Position numbers and translations under genes: made by a program. The notes under the pieces are model-generated. The model searched no databases. It worked only from the letters and a program-made list of their open reading frames with translations, and had not been told where the DNA came from. From the IMG/VR virus record IMGVR_UViG_3300021961_000020: DNA of 64,000 nucleotides; one strand, given 5' to 3'. Below, one piece after another: positions 1 through 9,153 of the stretch. Within the stretch, counting starts at the first letter, position 1. Each line of letters begins with the position of its first letter. The stretch comes from a virus.

Positions 1-912
1 GGATCTCTCGTCAAAACCCGTAAACAGTGAGATTTTGTAATAGCCCTCTCTGATGTTTGATACTTCAGAAATAGGACCAGATGCAGCATTAAAGTTTGGA
101 TTAATTGGATCGTTATCTTGGAAAAGAGTTTCTCCAATCAGATTGACAGGATTTCCAGAAATTAACTCTACAGAGATAGTTTTCCTACGAACATAATTTG
201 CGTAAGACGGTTTGATCAGGAATTTTTCAAGATCATTAATTTTAGGATCAATTCCGAATAATGCCTTGAAAAGGATTTTGAACGAACTTTCGGTTCCCTT
301 TGCTTCGTATAAACTTCTTGCTTCTTTTAAAAAATTATTGATATTGAGGTCAGGAGAAAGAGTTACGCCCTCCAGTCCAGGAGCGTACATTGCTTTCAAC
401 TTTTTATAAAATTCCTTTAGGAAGAGAGCACTTACATTAATGACAGTAGATCCAGAAGTATGAGGTGCTGCGACTGTCTTTTGCCAGGCTACATTACCAT
501 CATTTCTGGAATTATATGTGCTAATTCCACTAAATCCTCTAGTACACCCAACAAAGGATGTGCTGGTTTTATCTGTGTAGGTGATAATTTCATTATCTAC
601 CTTTAAAAGTCCATGACTTTTCGGATATCCATCAGTACTGCTAACATAGACAGTATCATCGGTCGTAGAGAGATCCGCAGTCAGATTAGTAGAACCTCGG
701 ATTACATCCGTGGTTAAATTATCTAACTTAATGTATGCATCAATATTTTCAGCAATATCTGCAGGACCACCTTGATAGTCCTGAGAGATATAGTACTGTT
801 TTAGGAATTCGACAAACGCAGGGTTCTCCGAAACTGCAAATTCAGGTACAGCTTCACTTACTACTTGATAAGTCTTGATTCTGGGACTTAAAGGCGAATT
901 TGTCTCGATCAT
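1..912 (-). CDS. gp7: Baseplate wedge initiator gp7-like (partial, runs off window start)
   Basis: ATG at 912-910 directly after the gp6 stop; reads MIETNSPLSPRIKTYQVVSEAVPEF...FLKQYYISQDYQGGPADI, the typical cyanophage gp7 N-terminus; frame open where spot-checked; absent from the ORF track because it has no stop in the window. Confidence 0.85.
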   Translation of the reverse strand, partial: MIETNSPLSPRIKTYQVVSEAVPEFAVSENPAFVEFLKQYYISQDYQGGPADIAENIDAYIKLDNLTTDVIRGSTNLTADLSTTDDTVYVSSTDGYPKSHGLLKVDNEIITYTDKTSTSFVGCTRGFSGISTYNSRNDGNVAWQKTVAAPHTSGSTVINVSALFLKEFYKKLKAMYAPGLEGVTLSPDLNINNFLKEARSLYEAKGTESSFKILFKALFGIDPKINDLEKFLIKPSYANYVRRKTISVELISGNPVNLIGETLFQDNDPINPNFNAASGPISEVSNIREGYYKISLFTGFDERS

Positions 913-913
913 C

Positions 914-2833
914 CTACTGTCTAATTAGCGATCCGTTGGAGTAGCTAGAAGTGACTTGATATCCAATGCCAGAAATTTGCTGACCAGAAGAAATCGTATC
1001 TCTCACGATATTTATCTCAGAGTTTGAGAGGTCTAGACTCAAGTAAAGATCCTTAAGACCAATAACATCATTTGATTCTGGATATGCTTGAACCTCTACG
1101 GTATCGTTGCCCTTAAGGGTGCTTGTAATATTGACCGCATTGATCAAAATCTCCCCTTTAAGGTAATCTACAGTTCCTGCAGACTTAATAACAACTTCTG
1201 CAAACCCACCCTCAACTTTGGGTGGTTTGAAAATAGCAATATCGCCATATTGACCATCACCTCTAGGAATATCGGTCAAATAGACAATTTCTGTGCTACC
1301 AGCAATCGTGAATCCTGTAGATTTAATGGTTCCTCCACCAGACAGAATGTGGAAGCGGTTACCAAAGCACAATTCATATTGCGCGACCTGATTGACGAGG
1401 CATTTCAGGTCTCTACGAACTTTAACACGCATAATGTTCGATGTGATCGAACTATTTGCACGATCTACGACCCTTTGTGCCTCAGAATACTTAAATCTGC
1501 CACCAAACTTATTAAGATTTGCAGAACCACCGTATTCTGTCAATGCCTGAAGAATTTCTGCCTTCAATTCGCTGGCATCATCGAAAACACTGTTGTTGTA
1601 ATAAACAGCAGTGTCAAGTTCAACATAGAGAAGTTTCAAATCTTCGATTCTTTGATTAATTCCAGCAATCGAGTAACTCTTGAGTTGTCTTAAAATGTTT
1701 TGTTTGGTAAAATCGGACAAAAATGTGCCGTTTCTAGGTTTGATACTCAAAACCACCGTTCCGAACTCTGGGGGATCTAATTCTTCCCCACCGACAACAG
1801 AAACTGACTCAGTATTCGGATAAATGGACTGAACGATCGCTTCATAATCGCGTGGTGTGACCGCTCTGTTCTGCGCTGAGTACATTCTAGGGGCAAAGTA
1901 CCTAACAGAGTCCACAGACTCGATATCTGCCCCATTACGGGCACTCTGAGAGGTGATTACACTTACTACTGAACGAGGAGCAATGCTAGATCCAGCGTCA
2001 TTTACAATATTTCCCGAAAATGCAAAATTTCTACCTTCGTTTCCTGCTTTTCCATCAGTAATGATGTAAGAAATGTCTACAGTATCTCCAACTTCTAACT
2101 TAGTTCCAAAAATTCCATCACCGAAGAGTAATTCGTAAGTCTCATTCGACGATTCTTGAATTAAGAAGATATTTGAGTCGGATTTTATATCAATAATGTT
2201 ATCTACCTTGGAAAAAGCAAGACCAGCAGATGCTCCAGACTTTCTAACTGTTACTCTGAGGGTGCCAATGTCAACAAATGGGTTTTCAATCAAAAATCTT
2301 TGATCTGTACTCCCATCAACGACCCATTGCTTAGTTAAAAGTGTCCCTTGATATACAGTTAGACCAGAAAATCTTGCAGTGCGCGGAGGATTTGCACCAG
2401 CAACACCTCCAGCATCAATCGGACTGGCAACCGTTACATCTTCTGGGATAGAAAAGACATAAGAAGTATTATTTACGCTTCCAACTACGACTAATCCGCG
2501 CTTAAGGGTTACTGTTGTGGAGTTTCCGTCAAAAGGATAGTTAAAATCAATAACTGCTTCCGCGCTTTTTCTAGATCTGGGTACATATCCAATGTTTCTT
2601 GCGAGAGAAACGACATTTTCTCTTAAAGTTGCAGAGTCAAGGAACGATTCATTAGCAACCATGTTGCTATTGAACGCGGTAATGTAGGTATTGTATGCCA
2701 ATATGTCAATTAAAATCGACATATTAGACCCTTCGAAGTCAAAATCAGAAAAATCTGAATTTGATTTCAGGTAATCTTTGATCGACTGCTTAATTTGGTC
2801 GAAATCTAGGTTAGTATACTTGAAGGATGGCAT
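914..2833 (-). CDS. gp6: Baseplate wedge subunit gp6
   Basis: LDFDQIKQSIKDYL...DFDFEGS.MS.LID.LAYNT, RAVT..DY motif; lies between gp25 and gp7. Confidence 0.95.
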   Translation of the reverse strand: MPSFKYTNLDFDQIKQSIKDYLKSNSDFSDFDFEGSNMSILIDILAYNTYITAFNSNMVANESFLDSATLRENVVSLARNIGYVPRSRKSAEAVIDFNYPFDGNSTTVTLKRGLVVVGSVNNTSYVFSIPEDVTVASPIDAGGVAGANPPRTARFSGLTVYQGTLLTKQWVVDGSTDQRFLIENPFVDIGTLRVTVRKSGASAGLAFSKVDNIIDIKSDSNIFLIQESSNETYELLFGDGIFGTKLEVGDTVDISYIITDGKAGNEGRNFAFSGNIVNDAGSSIAPRSVVSVITSQSARNGADIESVDSVRYFAPRMYSAQNRAVTPRDYEAIVQSIYPNTESVSVVGGEELDPPEFGTVVLSIKPRNGTFLSDFTKQNILRQLKSYSIAGINQRIEDLKLLYVELDTAVYYNNSVFDDASELKAEILQALTEYGGSANLNKFGGRFKYSEAQRVVDRANSSITSNIMRVKVRRDLKCLVNQVAQYELCFGNRFHILSGGGTIKSTGFTIAGSTEIVYLTDIPRGDGQYGDIAIFKPPKVEGGFAEVVIKSAGTVDYLKGEILINAVNITSTLKGNDTVEVQAYPESNDVIGLKDLYLSLDLSNSEINIVRDTISSGQQISGIGYQVTSSYSNGSLIRQ

Positions 2834-2837
2834 TTTT

Positions 2838-3236
2838 TTACCTAGTTGACTCTAGAATAAACTCAAATTCTTGACTATCAAAACTTTCGCCAACAATATC
2901 GTAGGCAATTCTAATATCAAAGGAGTTATCATCTGGACTTGGGTTAACTTGGACCTTAGTATTGGCAATTCTTCCCTCAAAACCAGATAAGACATCGATA
3001 ATTTGTTGAGAAATTACCCCTGCCGAACCATAATCCACAAAATCAAAGAGAGAACGAGTCACATCCGTCCCAATATTGGACGCAAATGGTCGTTCTCCTA
3101 CAATTGTTTGCACTAAATTCCTAACAGCACGCTTAATTGCCTTCTCATTCTTGAGAATAGGCAGATCTCCTGTAACAGGATGCGCTTTAAAGGTCAAATC
3201 AATGTCCTTAAACGCCCGTGAGTTAGACTCAGCCAT
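2838..3236 (-). CDS. gp25: Baseplate wedge subunit gp25
   Basis: FKDIDLTFKAHPVTGDL...AIKRAVRNLV.T..GERPF gp25 signature. Confidence 0.93.
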   Translation of the reverse strand: MAESNSRAFKDIDLTFKAHPVTGDLPILKNEKAIKRAVRNLVQTIVGERPFASNIGTDVTRSLFDFVDYGSAGVISQQIIDVLSGFEGRIANTKVQVNPSPDDNSFDIRIAYDIVGESFDSQEFEFILESTR

Positions 3237-3259
3237 GAATTGGCACTATATATCGAGAT

Positions 3260-3267
3260 TATTTATA
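3260..3267 (-). promoter_or_regulatory. T4-type late promoter TATAAATA
   Basis: Exact T4 late consensus on the minus strand, 24 bp upstream of the gp25 start. Confidence 0.75.
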
Positions 3268-3502
3268 CCTTCTTCCCGTAGCTTGGTTCTGTACCATACT
3301 CCCAATCGTCGTAATCTTCATCATTACGAATCTGTTCGTGGAGTAAAGTCTGTTTTTTTAAGTCGTGTTTGTGATCTCCGACTACTTCACGCAATAAATT
3401 GTCGGATTTTGGGTCTGTAATAAGATATTCGGTTCCAAAATCTTCCCGCATCATGTCACGATTGTGGTCGGGAACAGGATGATTAGACATTTTGTCCTCC
3501 AA
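3263..3502 (-). CDS. Hypothetical acidic protein
   Basis: ORF; GGAGG RBS before the ATG at ~3490 suggests that is the true start. Confidence 0.7.
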   Translation of the reverse strand: MEDKMSNHPVPDHNRDMMREDFGTEYLITDPKSDNLLREVVGDHKHDLKKQTLLHEQIRNDEDYDDWEYGTEPSYGKKV

Positions 3503-3549
3503 AAGTTCGTTTTGAGAACTTTTAAAGGGGTTGCTATCCCTAAAATTAT

Positions 3550-4320
3550 TTATTCTGCGTTAATACAGCGAGGATCGCACTCATATTGACCGCAATTAGG
3601 GCATGCAACCCTTACAAGTGATTGAGTAAAGTCGTCTGGAATGTCTGGATACATGGAATTTAGGTAATCCTGTTGAATTTCTTCCTCAGTTTTCCAAAAA
3701 TACTCAGTATTATCACCCAATCTACCCCATCTTACACCTTGTTCGACTTGGAAAATGTGTGTACTGACCTTAAAATCAGGAACGAGCGGCGTTTCGGGGG
3801 TGAGAGACAGGTCATAGATCCTTGTTCTATTGTTAGGATAGAGACAAAACTGCCCATTGTCAAGTTCTATGCAATTATGAGACTTATGTTCGTCAGGAAT
3901 TTCACTGACATTGCAGTTTGTAGTGTCTAAGTCAGGGTGAAAGTTATCTAAGGTGAACTTGTATGCCCCTTTAAGGGTCCCGAAATTGCGTGTGCGTACC
4001 TCGAAGTCCATTGAAGTGATAAAGGACTTCTCAAGGCATCTGACGCCATAGTCCATACAGTTCCAAAACTGTAGATTAGGGAGGTCTAGATCAGGGTCAG
4101 GCAGTTCGGGACGCGCCAAAAAGGCAGAAATAGGGAGTTTGTCATACATTGCACCATACTTAGGCAAGTATGTCTCAAAATAAAAAGCGCGTCCAGGGAT
4201 CGACTTAACCGATACCCAGACGCCCTCTACAAATTCACCATATCCATCGTGGAAATCTCTAAGGTATTCTTTACGAACCCAGACTTTCTGCGGGGGAAGA
4301 TTGATGATTAGTTGACTCAT
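3550..4320 (-). CDS. Conserved phage hypothetical protein (NLPPQKVWVRKEYL family)
   Basis: 256-aa ORF in the operon, overlapping the upstream ORF end. Confidence 0.8.
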   Translation of the reverse strand: MSQLIINLPPQKVWVRKEYLRDFHDGYGEFVEGVWVSVKSIPGRAFYFETYLPKYGAMYDKLPISAFLARPELPDPDLDLPNLQFWNCMDYGVRCLEKSFITSMDFEVRTRNFGTLKGAYKFTLDNFHPDLDTTNCNVSEIPDEHKSHNCIELDNGQFCLYPNNRTRIYDLSLTPETPLVPDFKVSTHIFQVEQGVRWGRLGDNTEYFWKTEEEIQQDYLNSMYPDIPDDFTQSLVRVACPNCGQYECDPRCINAE

Positions 4321-4474
4321 TGTCTTGTGTGTAAGTTGCTGGATGGAAATTACAATACTCGTTGAAGGTAATCTTCATCTCTTTATTACTTAGGTTACAA
4401 TGCTGTGCTGCCTTAGGAAGATTCCATTTGGCAGTGAACAGCATTTCCATTGCTTCACGAGTTTCTGGTCTCAC
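4271..4474 (-). CDS. Hypothetical protein
   Basis: GTG start coupled to the upstream TGA (GTGA overlap). Confidence 0.7.
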   Translation of the reverse strand: MRPETREAMEMLFTAKWNLPKAAQHCNLSNKEMKITFNEYCNFHPATYTQDNESTNHQSSPAESLGS

Positions 4475-4617
4475 TTACCTTGACCACGATACTTCTTCTT
4501 AGCCGAGTTACGCGCCGTCGCGCTATATTTTGTATTCTTAGAGTTGCCTTGACGAGTGTTTTTGGGTTTGTGCTCAATGATCTTTTTGTTGGTCAGAGAG
4601 GACTTCATTTTAGCCAT
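4471..4617 (-). CDS. Small highly basic protein (48 aa)
   Basis: Read by hand: MAKMKSSLTNKKIIEHKPKNTRQGNSKNTKYSATARNSAKKKYRGQGK*. Confidence 0.75.
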   Translation of the reverse strand: MAKMKSSLTNKKIIEHKPKNTRQGNSKNTKYSATARNSAKKKYRGQGK

Positions 4618-4768
4618 TTTCTTTCATCCTATAAGAAATATCGTGGAGAGCAGGAACTCCTGTTTCGTAATGATTATACGCGAGTTCCTGCATAATGTCA
4701 AAGAATTCGTCTTCACTTACATCGGTGTACCTCTCAGTACCTTCTATGTAGATCGTGTAGACTGTCAT
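4610..4768 (-). CDS. Small hypothetical protein (52 aa)
   Basis: Read by hand: MTVYTIYIEGTERYTDVSEDEFFDIMQELAY...; stop overlaps the next start. Confidence 0.7.
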   Translation of the reverse strand: MTVYTIYIEGTERYTDVSEDEFFDIMQELAYNHYETGVPALHDISYRMKENG

Positions 4769-4774
4769 ATTATA

Positions 4775-5527
4775 TCAGATGACACGCATCTTTTCGTGAC
4801 CGACTCTAATACGAGGGTCGCACCAGATCTCGTAACCTGCTTCGATAGCGTCGAGACAGAAACTCACATCCTCGCCGCACATGTCCTGAACATCGCCAGA
4901 CTCAAAGACTTGCATCTTCGGAGCAAACCAGGGATACTTCATCTCAGGGTTCTCAAAGACTCCATGCTTAATGAGCACCCATCCGAAACCAGTGTAGTCA
5001 ACCGTGAAGGGCTTCTTACGCTTGGACATCGTTTCGCCAGTCTCGTGATTCATGACGCCACCGTTGTTACGGAAGTCACCTTCCTCCAACCAGTGTGCTA
5101 CAGAGGTGGTACGACCGTCTTCAGTCATGTACCAACCAGCAGCAATGTCCTTGTCCATGAGAACCAGCTGCAGGAACTTCTCGGTGTTGAAGACAATATC
5201 CGAGTCAATCCACAGTTGGTAGTCATACTTAAGTTTGCCATCCCAGGGAATCTGATCAGGACCCCGAAGGACATTCGCGCCCAGACACTTACAACGAGCA
5301 AAGTTAACCATGCTGCTGTAGTCTTGGGAAATCTGAATACTTGCCCCCATCTGAACCAGATCAAAGCTCAGTTGAAGGAAAGACTTCAGGAATTGAAAGG
5401 AGCAACCACGACCAGGAAGACAGAAGACGATTGCTTTACCACGGAGCATCTCCCGTGCGGCATCATAATCCCATTCTTGTTCTTTCTGTTCTGGCGCTTT
5501 TGCTTTTACAGTAAATCCTTTAGCCAT
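4775..5527 (-). CDS. Conserved GT-A glycosyltransferase-like protein
   Basis: F-ARC motif, DxD (LWIDSD), GFGWVLI, GED.SFC and GH near the C-terminus, typical of GT2-like folds. Confidence 0.65.
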   Translation of the reverse strand: MAKGFTVKAKAPEQKEQEWDYDAAREMLRGKAIVFCLPGRGCSFQFLKSFLQLSFDLVQMGASIQISQDYSSMVNFARCKCLGANVLRGPDQIPWDGKLKYDYQLWIDSDIVFNTEKFLQLVLMDKDIAAGWYMTEDGRTTSVAHWLEEGDFRNNGGVMNHETGETMSKRKKPFTVDYTGFGWVLIKHGVFENPEMKYPWFAPKMQVFESGDVQDMCGEDVSFCLDAIEAGYEIWCDPRIRVGHEKMRVI

Positions 5528-5550
5528 AATGTGTGTACTAGTACTTCATC

Positions 5551-5579
5551 ATTCTAACAGTATTATGTAGGTTAGTCAA
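5551..5579 (-). promoter_or_regulatory. Sigma70-type promoter TTGACT-N17-TAGAAT
   Basis: -35 at 5579-5574 and -10 at 5556-5551, 24 bp upstream of the 5527 ATG. Confidence 0.8.
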
Positions 5580-5743
5580 TATGACGCCTCTCTGAATTTT
5601 TTATCTTCTACTGCAACAATCTCATGGTCCACAATATCAATCTCATCATTCAGAACTTTCTCTGCAAGAGAGTGATTACTGAGACTATGAGCGACGACTT
5701 TGTTGTCTTTATCGTAGACATGAAAGATAGTATCATTCGTCAT
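5576..5743 (-). CDS. Small hypothetical protein (55 aa)
   Basis: Read by hand: MTNDTIFHVYDKDNKVVAHS...; GAGGAG RBS. Confidence 0.7.
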   Translation of the reverse strand: MTNDTIFHVYDKDNKVVAHSLSNHSLAEKVLNDEIDIVDHEIVAVEDKKFREASY

Positions 5744-5912
5744 GATATTCCTCCTCTAGGAACACTCCATCGGCATCGAGATTCATGATGATCTCAGTGC
5801 CTTCATACCAATCCAGTTCATTACAGAAACTCTCAGGTAGACTTACAACATACTCACTGAAAACTGGATCGAACCTTATGGCGGTTTTAATTCTGTGAGA
5901 TTTTTTTTCCAT
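5733..5912 (-). CDS. AbrB/MazE/SpoVT-like DNA-binding protein (59 aa)
   Basis: Read by hand: ...YVVSLPESFCNELDWYEGTEIIMNLDADGVFLEE matches the xIPxxxxxxLxxxxGDxxxxxxxxxxIxL pattern. Confidence 0.6.
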   Translation of the reverse strand: MEKKSHRIKTAIRFDPVFSEYVVSLPESFCNELDWYEGTEIIMNLDADGVFLEEEYHDE

Positions 5913-6262
5913 TCTATGAACCTGTGAGTCAATTTTATATATGGAAAATTTTTTTTATTAGAGTGATATAGCTCTCTCGAATTTGGTTCGTTGTAGGTTA
6001 GAAGGACCCATCGAATTTAAACCACTGTCTTATAAGAATCAGTGTGATACTCAGTGATACTCAGAGCACTGCATGTAGGTCCCCCTCAGTGTTACTCAGA
6101 GTGTCACAGAATGACTGTCAGTTCTTTATAGTCTATGGCATGTGATTGGAGTGCCTGTGCTGTCTACCTGCACATTCTACCATGTACTGCCAGACTATGC
6201 AATGTGTCTCAGTGGGTCTCATTGGTCCTGTGTGGGATTTTGTACTTTTGTGGGGGTAATAC

Positions 6263-6291
6263 TTGACAATCTGCGAGTTCCATAGTACACT
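6263..6291 (+). promoter_or_regulatory. Plus-strand sigma70 promoter TTGACA-N17-TACACT, opposite to gene flow
   Basis: Perfect -35, 17-bp spacer, TAnnnT -10; no plus-strand gene follows. Confidence 0.6.
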
Positions 6292-6395
6292 CGCTAAGTC
6301 AACATCCTCTGAGCACCTTTTTGACACATTTATTACTCAATGAACAAAACACGCAACTACATTTTTTTAACTATTTTAAATGTTTCCGCATAACT

Positions 6396-6425
6396 CACTC
6401 AGAGGACACTCAGAGACACTCAGAG
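6396..6425 (+). repeat. Three direct CACTCAGAG repeats (6396, 6407, 6417); further ACTCAG(AG) copies at ~6049-6101
   Basis: Read directly; spacing 11 and 10 bp. Confidence 0.85.
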
Positions 6426-6430
6426 GGGTG

Positions 6431-6616
6431 CTATTTGCTGTCTAGGACATACACTTCGCATTGTTGTTCAGGGTACACCAAGAGGCAACAATAGGTCTCT
6501 CCGTTAATACCATCAGACGCATACTTCTTGAAACAGATTGTTATGTATGCGTCGCTGATGAAATTAACAAATCCACTCAATCCTTTGTAAGTTACTGACT
6601 GTCCTTCAATGAACAT
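6431..6616 (-). CDS. Hypothetical early-region protein
   Basis: ORF, last of the minus-strand run. Confidence 0.65.
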   Translation of the reverse strand: MFIEGQSVTYKGLSGFVNFISDAYITICFKKYASDGINGETYCCLLVYPEQQCEVYVLDSK

Positions 6617-6783
6617 GAGTTGACAAGTTGATAATCAGTGGAGTCTAATAGGTCTGCGATATGTGTAGGCAATTTGCCCTTACTTCCCCAGACATGTCTA
6701 TACTGAATGATGAGTGCTCTGAGCATACTTAACTGCTGGTGAGTTAGTTGTACTGTTAAGATAGACTCTTGAGATGTCATCAT
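6592..6783 (-). CDS. Hypothetical early-region protein
   Basis: ORF overlapping the next; start uncertain. Confidence 0.5.
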   Translation of the reverse strand: MMTSQESILTVQLTHQQLSMLRALIIQYRHVWGSKGKLPTHIADLLDSTDYQLVNSCSLKDSQ

Positions 6784-6948
6784 TTTTTGCGTCGTCGATT
6801 GTTTTGTAATAATGGAGAATCTCTTTGTATAGAGAATCAGGATAATAATAAGGCGACTGACTTACCATGTGGTGAGACATTCAATTTTAGGATATGAGGG
6901 GACATTTTCATCGACAGTATAATCGTCTTGAAGAATGTTCCCTTTCTT

Positions 6949-6959
6949 ATTATACCACA
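6949..6959 (-). promoter_or_regulatory. Extended -10 promoter TGTGGTATAAT
   Basis: Consensus extended -10. Confidence 0.6.
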
Positions 6960-7028
6960 GATGATCAGGAATGTCATCCATTAGGGCATCAACTTTGTCG
7001 AAATAAATCCAATCGATCTTAGACATGT

Positions 7029-7313
7029 TTAATACTCCTCTGAAGAAATGATTTCCAGGTTGGTGACATCAATGTCCTCTGACATTATATCACAAATACG
7101 GGCGATTTCCTTAGATGATGATGCATTGAGATTGAACACAAAAACATCATCTTCATGGCGATTGATTATGATATTCACATGTTCTTCATATTTAGAGATG
7201 AAGTTAGCAACTGTGTGGGGGTCATCTTGACTGAATTGAATTGCGATTTGAGAGTTAGCGCCATTGTGAAACTTGATACCCTCAGCGAGTTTTTCAATCG
7301 AGAGACGAGACAT
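7029..7313 (-). CDS. Hypothetical protein
   Basis: ORF in a tightly packed array. Confidence 0.7.
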   Translation of the reverse strand: MSRLSIEKLAEGIKFHNGANSQIAIQFSQDDPHTVANFISKYEEHVNIIINRHEDDVFVFNLNASSSKEIARICDIMSEDIDVTNLEIISSEEY

Positions 7314-7316
7314 AAT

Positions 7317-7565
7317 TTAATCGGAAGAACGACGGGAATTGATGAAATCAGAAATGTGCAGTTCTGCTTCTTTCAGTGTATCATACTTTGCGAGTTCTGA
7401 ATACTGATCTTCTTCTCCTCTGACATGAATTGTATAACGAGGAGATGCATCATTGTCATAACTCACTTTGAACTCAGGAAAACATTCATCGGGCGTTCCA
7501 TATTCATTCTCAGTATAACATTCGAGAACAAATGGAGGTTTATCTAATCTGAGAAAGTTTGTCAT
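7317..7565 (-). CDS. Hypothetical protein
   Basis: ORF in a tightly packed array. Confidence 0.7.
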   Translation of the reverse strand: MTNFLRLDKPPFVLECYTENEYGTPDECFPEFKVSYDNDASPRYTIHVRGEEDQYSELAKYDTLKEAELHISDFINSRRSSD

Positions 7566-7599
7566 TGTTGAATGTGAAATGCGATGTAATTATGTAGTT

Positions 7600-7899
7600 T
7601 CACTCTGCATTGAGATCAGGAATGAAAGTCCATTCATAATGTCCATCCTCAGGATCTTGATCATCTACAATGAACTCAGAATGAATAGCATCAGCATTTC
7701 CAATGTTATCATCCTCCACATGCAAATAGAGTTGATTCAGCAAATGTGCGGACATTTGATCAATGCTCTCTTGACGATCGTTGATATGATCAAAATAACG
7801 AATCTCGCCCGTTTGAATATCATCGAGGACATTCAGCAATTCTTGACCATTAGATGCGAATTGATCGAGGCACTGAATGAAGAATTGAGTTTGAGTCAT
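7600..7899 (-). CDS. Hypothetical acidic protein
   Basis: ORF. Confidence 0.7.
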   Translation of the reverse strand: MTQTQFFIQCLDQFASNGQELLNVLDDIQTGEIRYFDHINDRQESIDQMSAHLLNQLYLHVEDDNIGNADAIHSEFIVDDQDPEDGHYEWTFIPDLNAE

Positions 7900-7901
7900 G
7901 A

Positions 7902-8066
7902 TCAGTTAGCGGTGGATTGAATGAGGTTAGCAGTCATGTGAAGTGCTTCACCAGTATTGTAACGAACGCCAGGAAAGACAATAAAACAAACAACGAAGAT
8001 GATGCCAATGAGTTTCACTTTTTTAGGATCAGGTTTTTTGAATGTGAGATGCTTACGGCGTGACAT
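7902..8066 (-). CDS. Small single-pass membrane protein (54 aa)
   Basis: Read by hand: MSRRKHLTFKKPDPKKVKLIGIIFVVCFIVFPGVRY... Confidence 0.6.
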   Translation of the reverse strand: MSRRKHLTFKKPDPKKVKLIGIIFVVCFIVFPGVRYNTGEALHMTANLIQSTAN

Positions 8067-8068
8067 AA

Positions 8069-8392
8069 TCAGGCGAAGATGTAACCGTTCTCGAAAGGAC
8101 GCACCACATTGTTGTCACGAATGAACCACTCATGATTCTTCTGAAAGATACCATCTTTGAGTGCATCTGCATGTGCATTGATGATAGCATTGAGGCGAGA
8201 TTTGGTGGTGACAGACTGCCAACCGCCATCAAACACTTCGAGGAAGTTATCACCCACAGTGGCAATATGATTGCCGTGCAGATATACTTTGCTGGTGTCA
8301 TTCTCTGCGATATACTCTACACTAGTGTTCGCAGATTTCCAGGAGATGCACTTCTGGATTGCGGCGTTCATTTGTGCTTCGATCTTGCGCAT
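8069..8392 (-). CDS. Conserved marine phage early protein (MRKIE...YLHGNHIA...TTKSRLNA)
   Basis: First gene after a promoter cassette; recognisable family of unknown function. Confidence 0.8.
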   Translation of the reverse strand: MRKIEAQMNAAIQKCISWKSANTSVEYIAENDTSKVYLHGNHIATVGDNFLEVFDGGWQSVTTKSRLNAIINAHADALKDGIFQKNHEWFIRDNNVVRPFENGYIFA

Positions 8393-8442
8393 GGTTTGAG
8401 AGTGTTAGTGAGTGGGGGTCGGTGTCCCTCCCCCTGATGTAC

Positions 8443-8503
8443 ATAGTATGGCACCTCTAGGGGGTCTGTGGGGGGTTTGGTGGACAGTTTGTCCTACTGG
8501 CAC
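8443..8503 (-). promoter_or_regulatory. Early promoter cassette: GTGCCAGTAGGACAAACTGTCCAC palindrome plus TACTAT -10
   Basis: Motif at 8480-8503, -10 at 8448-8443. Confidence 0.75.
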
Positions 8504-8519
8504 ACCCCAGAGCATTTCT

Positions 8520-8783
8520 CTACACATTGCCCCCGATAATACCATTCAGCACACTATCATCATAGAGATCTAAGATTTCATCTTTGAGTTCTTCCTCTGT
8601 ACAATCTTTGTATGCATCCATTAACAAATCATGGCACATTTGAATGAGATCATTCATGTCCATTTGATCAACAATCATCTCGCAATAGTTAGATTTGAAC
8701 TGTTGAAGTTGCTCGGGAGTCATCATGCGTGGTTGACGAAGTTTTTGATGAAGATATACAGAAGGATCACAATACAGATCCAA
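8520..8783 (-). CDS. Hypothetical acidic protein (true start probably MMTPEQL)
   Basis: ORF. Confidence 0.65.
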   Translation of the reverse strand: MDLYCDPSVYLHQKLRQPRMMTPEQLQQFKSNYCEMIVDQMDMNDLIQMCHDLLMDAYKDCTEEELKDEILDLYDDSVLNGIIGGNV

Positions 8784-8796
8784 ACAATGAAACTAA

Positions 8797-9117
8797 TCAT
8801 GCTAAGATTGCCATTTCCATGTTGAGATTGTTGACACAAACTACACCACAGTAGTATGCATCCAACCAGTTATCAAAGGTCTCGATAACTTTACTCTCAG
8901 AAGAGAGAACATTACCACTCTCGTGATATTCTGTGATTTGGTATTGGCAGACAACAAATTGATCGACCCATTCGCTATCACTCAGCACAGCAGTGTGGAT
9001 GATAGAAATATCATCGTTTTCTTTGAAACGATATACAGAACGAGAGTTCATGTGTGTGGCGCGGAGTTCATCGCCCCAGACAGTTTCTGCTTTCCAACCT
9101 TGAGAAAAAAGTGACAT
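8797..9117 (-). CDS. Hypothetical protein
   Basis: ORF. Confidence 0.7.
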   Translation of the reverse strand: MSLFSQGWKAETVWGDELRATHMNSRSVYRFKENDDISIIHTAVLSDSEWVDQFVVCQYQITEYHESGNVLSSESKVIETFDNWLDAYYCGVVCVNNLNMEMAILA

Positions 9118-9153
9118 TTGTGTGTTAGTTAAGTGTGCGTGAGTTAGTGTTAA

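Larger units (their letters stand above)
5913..6430. other. Largest non-coding stretch; candidate replication origin
   Basis: No credible ORF; ACTCAG repeats, AT-rich tract at ~6320-6385, plus-strand promoter. Confidence 0.5.

Noticed and set aside
4556-5557. 333-aa plus-strand ORF
   Set aside because: Antisense shadow of the GT-like gene; no RBS or motifs
6133-6327. 64-aa minus-strand ORF in the non-coding region
   Set aside because: No RBS, atypical composition, and overlaps the promoter and hairpin elements
6040-6425. CRISPR-like array from the ACTCAG repeats
   Set aside because: Repeats are 6-9 bp with irregular, short spacing; no 25-40-bp repeat-spacer structure
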